From an uncultured bacterium (GTDB lineage Bacteria > Verrucomicrobiota > Kiritimatiellia > RFP12 > UBA1067): a DNA stretch of 64,000 bases. The position numbers and the translations under genes were made by a program. The notes under the pieces were generated by a model. That model was not told the DNA's origin. It was given only the letters and a program-made list of their open reading frames with translations, and ran no database searches. Shown piece by piece: positions 62,887 to 64,000 of the stretch; the first letter of the stretch is position 1, and each line of letters starts with the position of its first letter. The stretch is taken from contig CACXRO010000001.1 of assembly GCA_902770045.1 (NCBI GenBank), forward strand, positions 46,304 to 110,303, given 5' to 3'.

Positions 62887-63143
62887 GTCTTTGCCTTTCT
62901 TCGTTTTCGTTTCCTGGAGTCCGACGGCTGCGATCTCCGCGTGCGCCCCGCCGCCTTCCGGCGGACTCTTGGCGTTGGCGCGAGAAGCCCTTTGCGGCGC
63001 TTCGTTCGCAGCTGGGTCTCGCCCCAGCCATCCCCCCAAAACAAGGCCCGCGGCCGACATCACGACCGCGAGCGAACTGCTTGGCGGTCACGACGCGACG
63101 GGATTTACCTGCCCGTATCGCGACCCTTCTCATGGGAGAATTG
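62887..63143 (-). promoter_or_regulatory. ~255-nt structured S10 operon leader
   Basis: TGGTATACT at 63150-63158; at least four hairpins. Confidence 0.6.
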
Positions 63144-63356
63144 GCGCGTAGTATACCAAAAACCCCCGCAACTTGACAAGGGGGTATTTTGCAAAACGAC
63201 CGTCCGCGCCAATTTGCCCCCTTGCGGCGAAATTTGGTATAATCCGCGAATATCCAACTGCCAAACTGGAGACCCCTAGCATGGAAAACCGCAATCTCGC
63301 GCCGATCGGACTCGGCTGCCTCGTCCGCCGACCAGGGGGCGAGTTTCCTCTTCTAC

Positions 63357-64000
63357 ATGGTGCTGATGGCGATCCCGGCGTGGATCGTACGCTATTTCGT
63401 CTTCGACGACGACACCCCGCTCTGGATGCGCGCGCTCCTCGGCCCCGCCGGCGCGCTCCTCGCCCTCGCCGCCGCCGCGCTCTTCCCACTCCATGTCGAC
63501 TCCGACGACGAAAAACCGGCGGAAAGCGCGGCAAAAGCCGGAACCGGCGCCGCGGCGAATGCCGGGATTGCGGAAAACGCCCCGCGCGAGACCGTGGAGG
63601 ACGTGCTCGCCGAGCTCGACTCGCTCGTCGGCCTCGAAGAGGTCAAGGCCGAGGTCCGGAAGCTCGTCAATCTCGCCAAGGTCAACGAGGCCCGCCGCGC
63701 CCAGGGCCTCAAGGTGCCGCCGATGTCCTACCACATGGTCTTCACCGGCAACCCCGGCACCGGCAAGACCACCGTCGCGCGCATCGTCGCGCGCGCCTTC
63801 CGCGCCCTCGGCATCGCCAAAACCGGACAGCTCGTCGAAACCGACCGCGCCGGGCTCGTCGGCACCTACGCCGGCGAGACCGCCACCAAGACCAACGCCA
63901 AGGTCGACGAGGCCATCGGCGGCGTCCTCTTCGTGGACGAGGCGTACCAGCTCGTCTCCGGAGACAACGACAACTACGGCAGGGAGGCGATCGCCACCCT
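63357..64000 (+). CDS. Membrane-anchored SpoVK/CbbX-type AAA ATPase, partial
   Basis: LVGLEEVK, HMVFTGNPGTGKTT, LFVDEAY; TM N-terminus. Confidence 0.85.
   Translation, partial: MVLMAIPAWIVRYFVFDDDTPLWMRALLGPAGALLALAAAALFPLHVDSDDEKPAESAAKAGTGAAANAGIAENAPRETVEDVLAELDSLVGLEEVKAEVRKLVNLAKVNEARRAQGLKVPPMSYHMVFTGNPGTGKTTVARIVARAFRALGIAKTGQLVETDRAGLVGTYAGETATKTNAKVDEAIGGVLFVDEAYQLVSGDNDNYGREAIAT

Overview
High-GC bacterial chromosome window, almost entirely minus-strand. Gene content suggests a PVC-group, Kiritimatiellia-like gut or rumen organism (inference). It holds housekeeping genes (frr, pyrH, galE, fabG, rfbD, pyrE, queC, lemA, htpX, nifS-like, trmD, clpB-like), several CAZymes, TPR/ExbBD/TonB genes, and an S10-spc ribosomal operon lacking rpmC, rpmD and secY. 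Two lower-GC accessory inserts stand out: an ~11 kb defence island (RelE-like/UvrD helicase, type III R-M, AbiE) at 42.3-53.3 kb, and a ~1 kb toxin-tail/lipoprotein fragment at 23.8-24.8 kb. The strongest unexplained signal is that both inserts are delimited by the same family of short palindromes (GGGGAC[A/T]GTCCCC / GGGTC[A/T]GACCC). They also share an identical 21-bp motif, and short ORFs are cut or fused at the palindromes, which suggests a palindrome-directed gene-capture system. Other candidates are a promoter-boxA-four-hairpin RNA upstream of the R-M operon, a 27-aa C3H microprotein, remodelled exit-tunnel ribosomal proteins, and widespread leaderless TGGTATAAT promoters. All family assignments come from reading motifs by eye; no searches were run.
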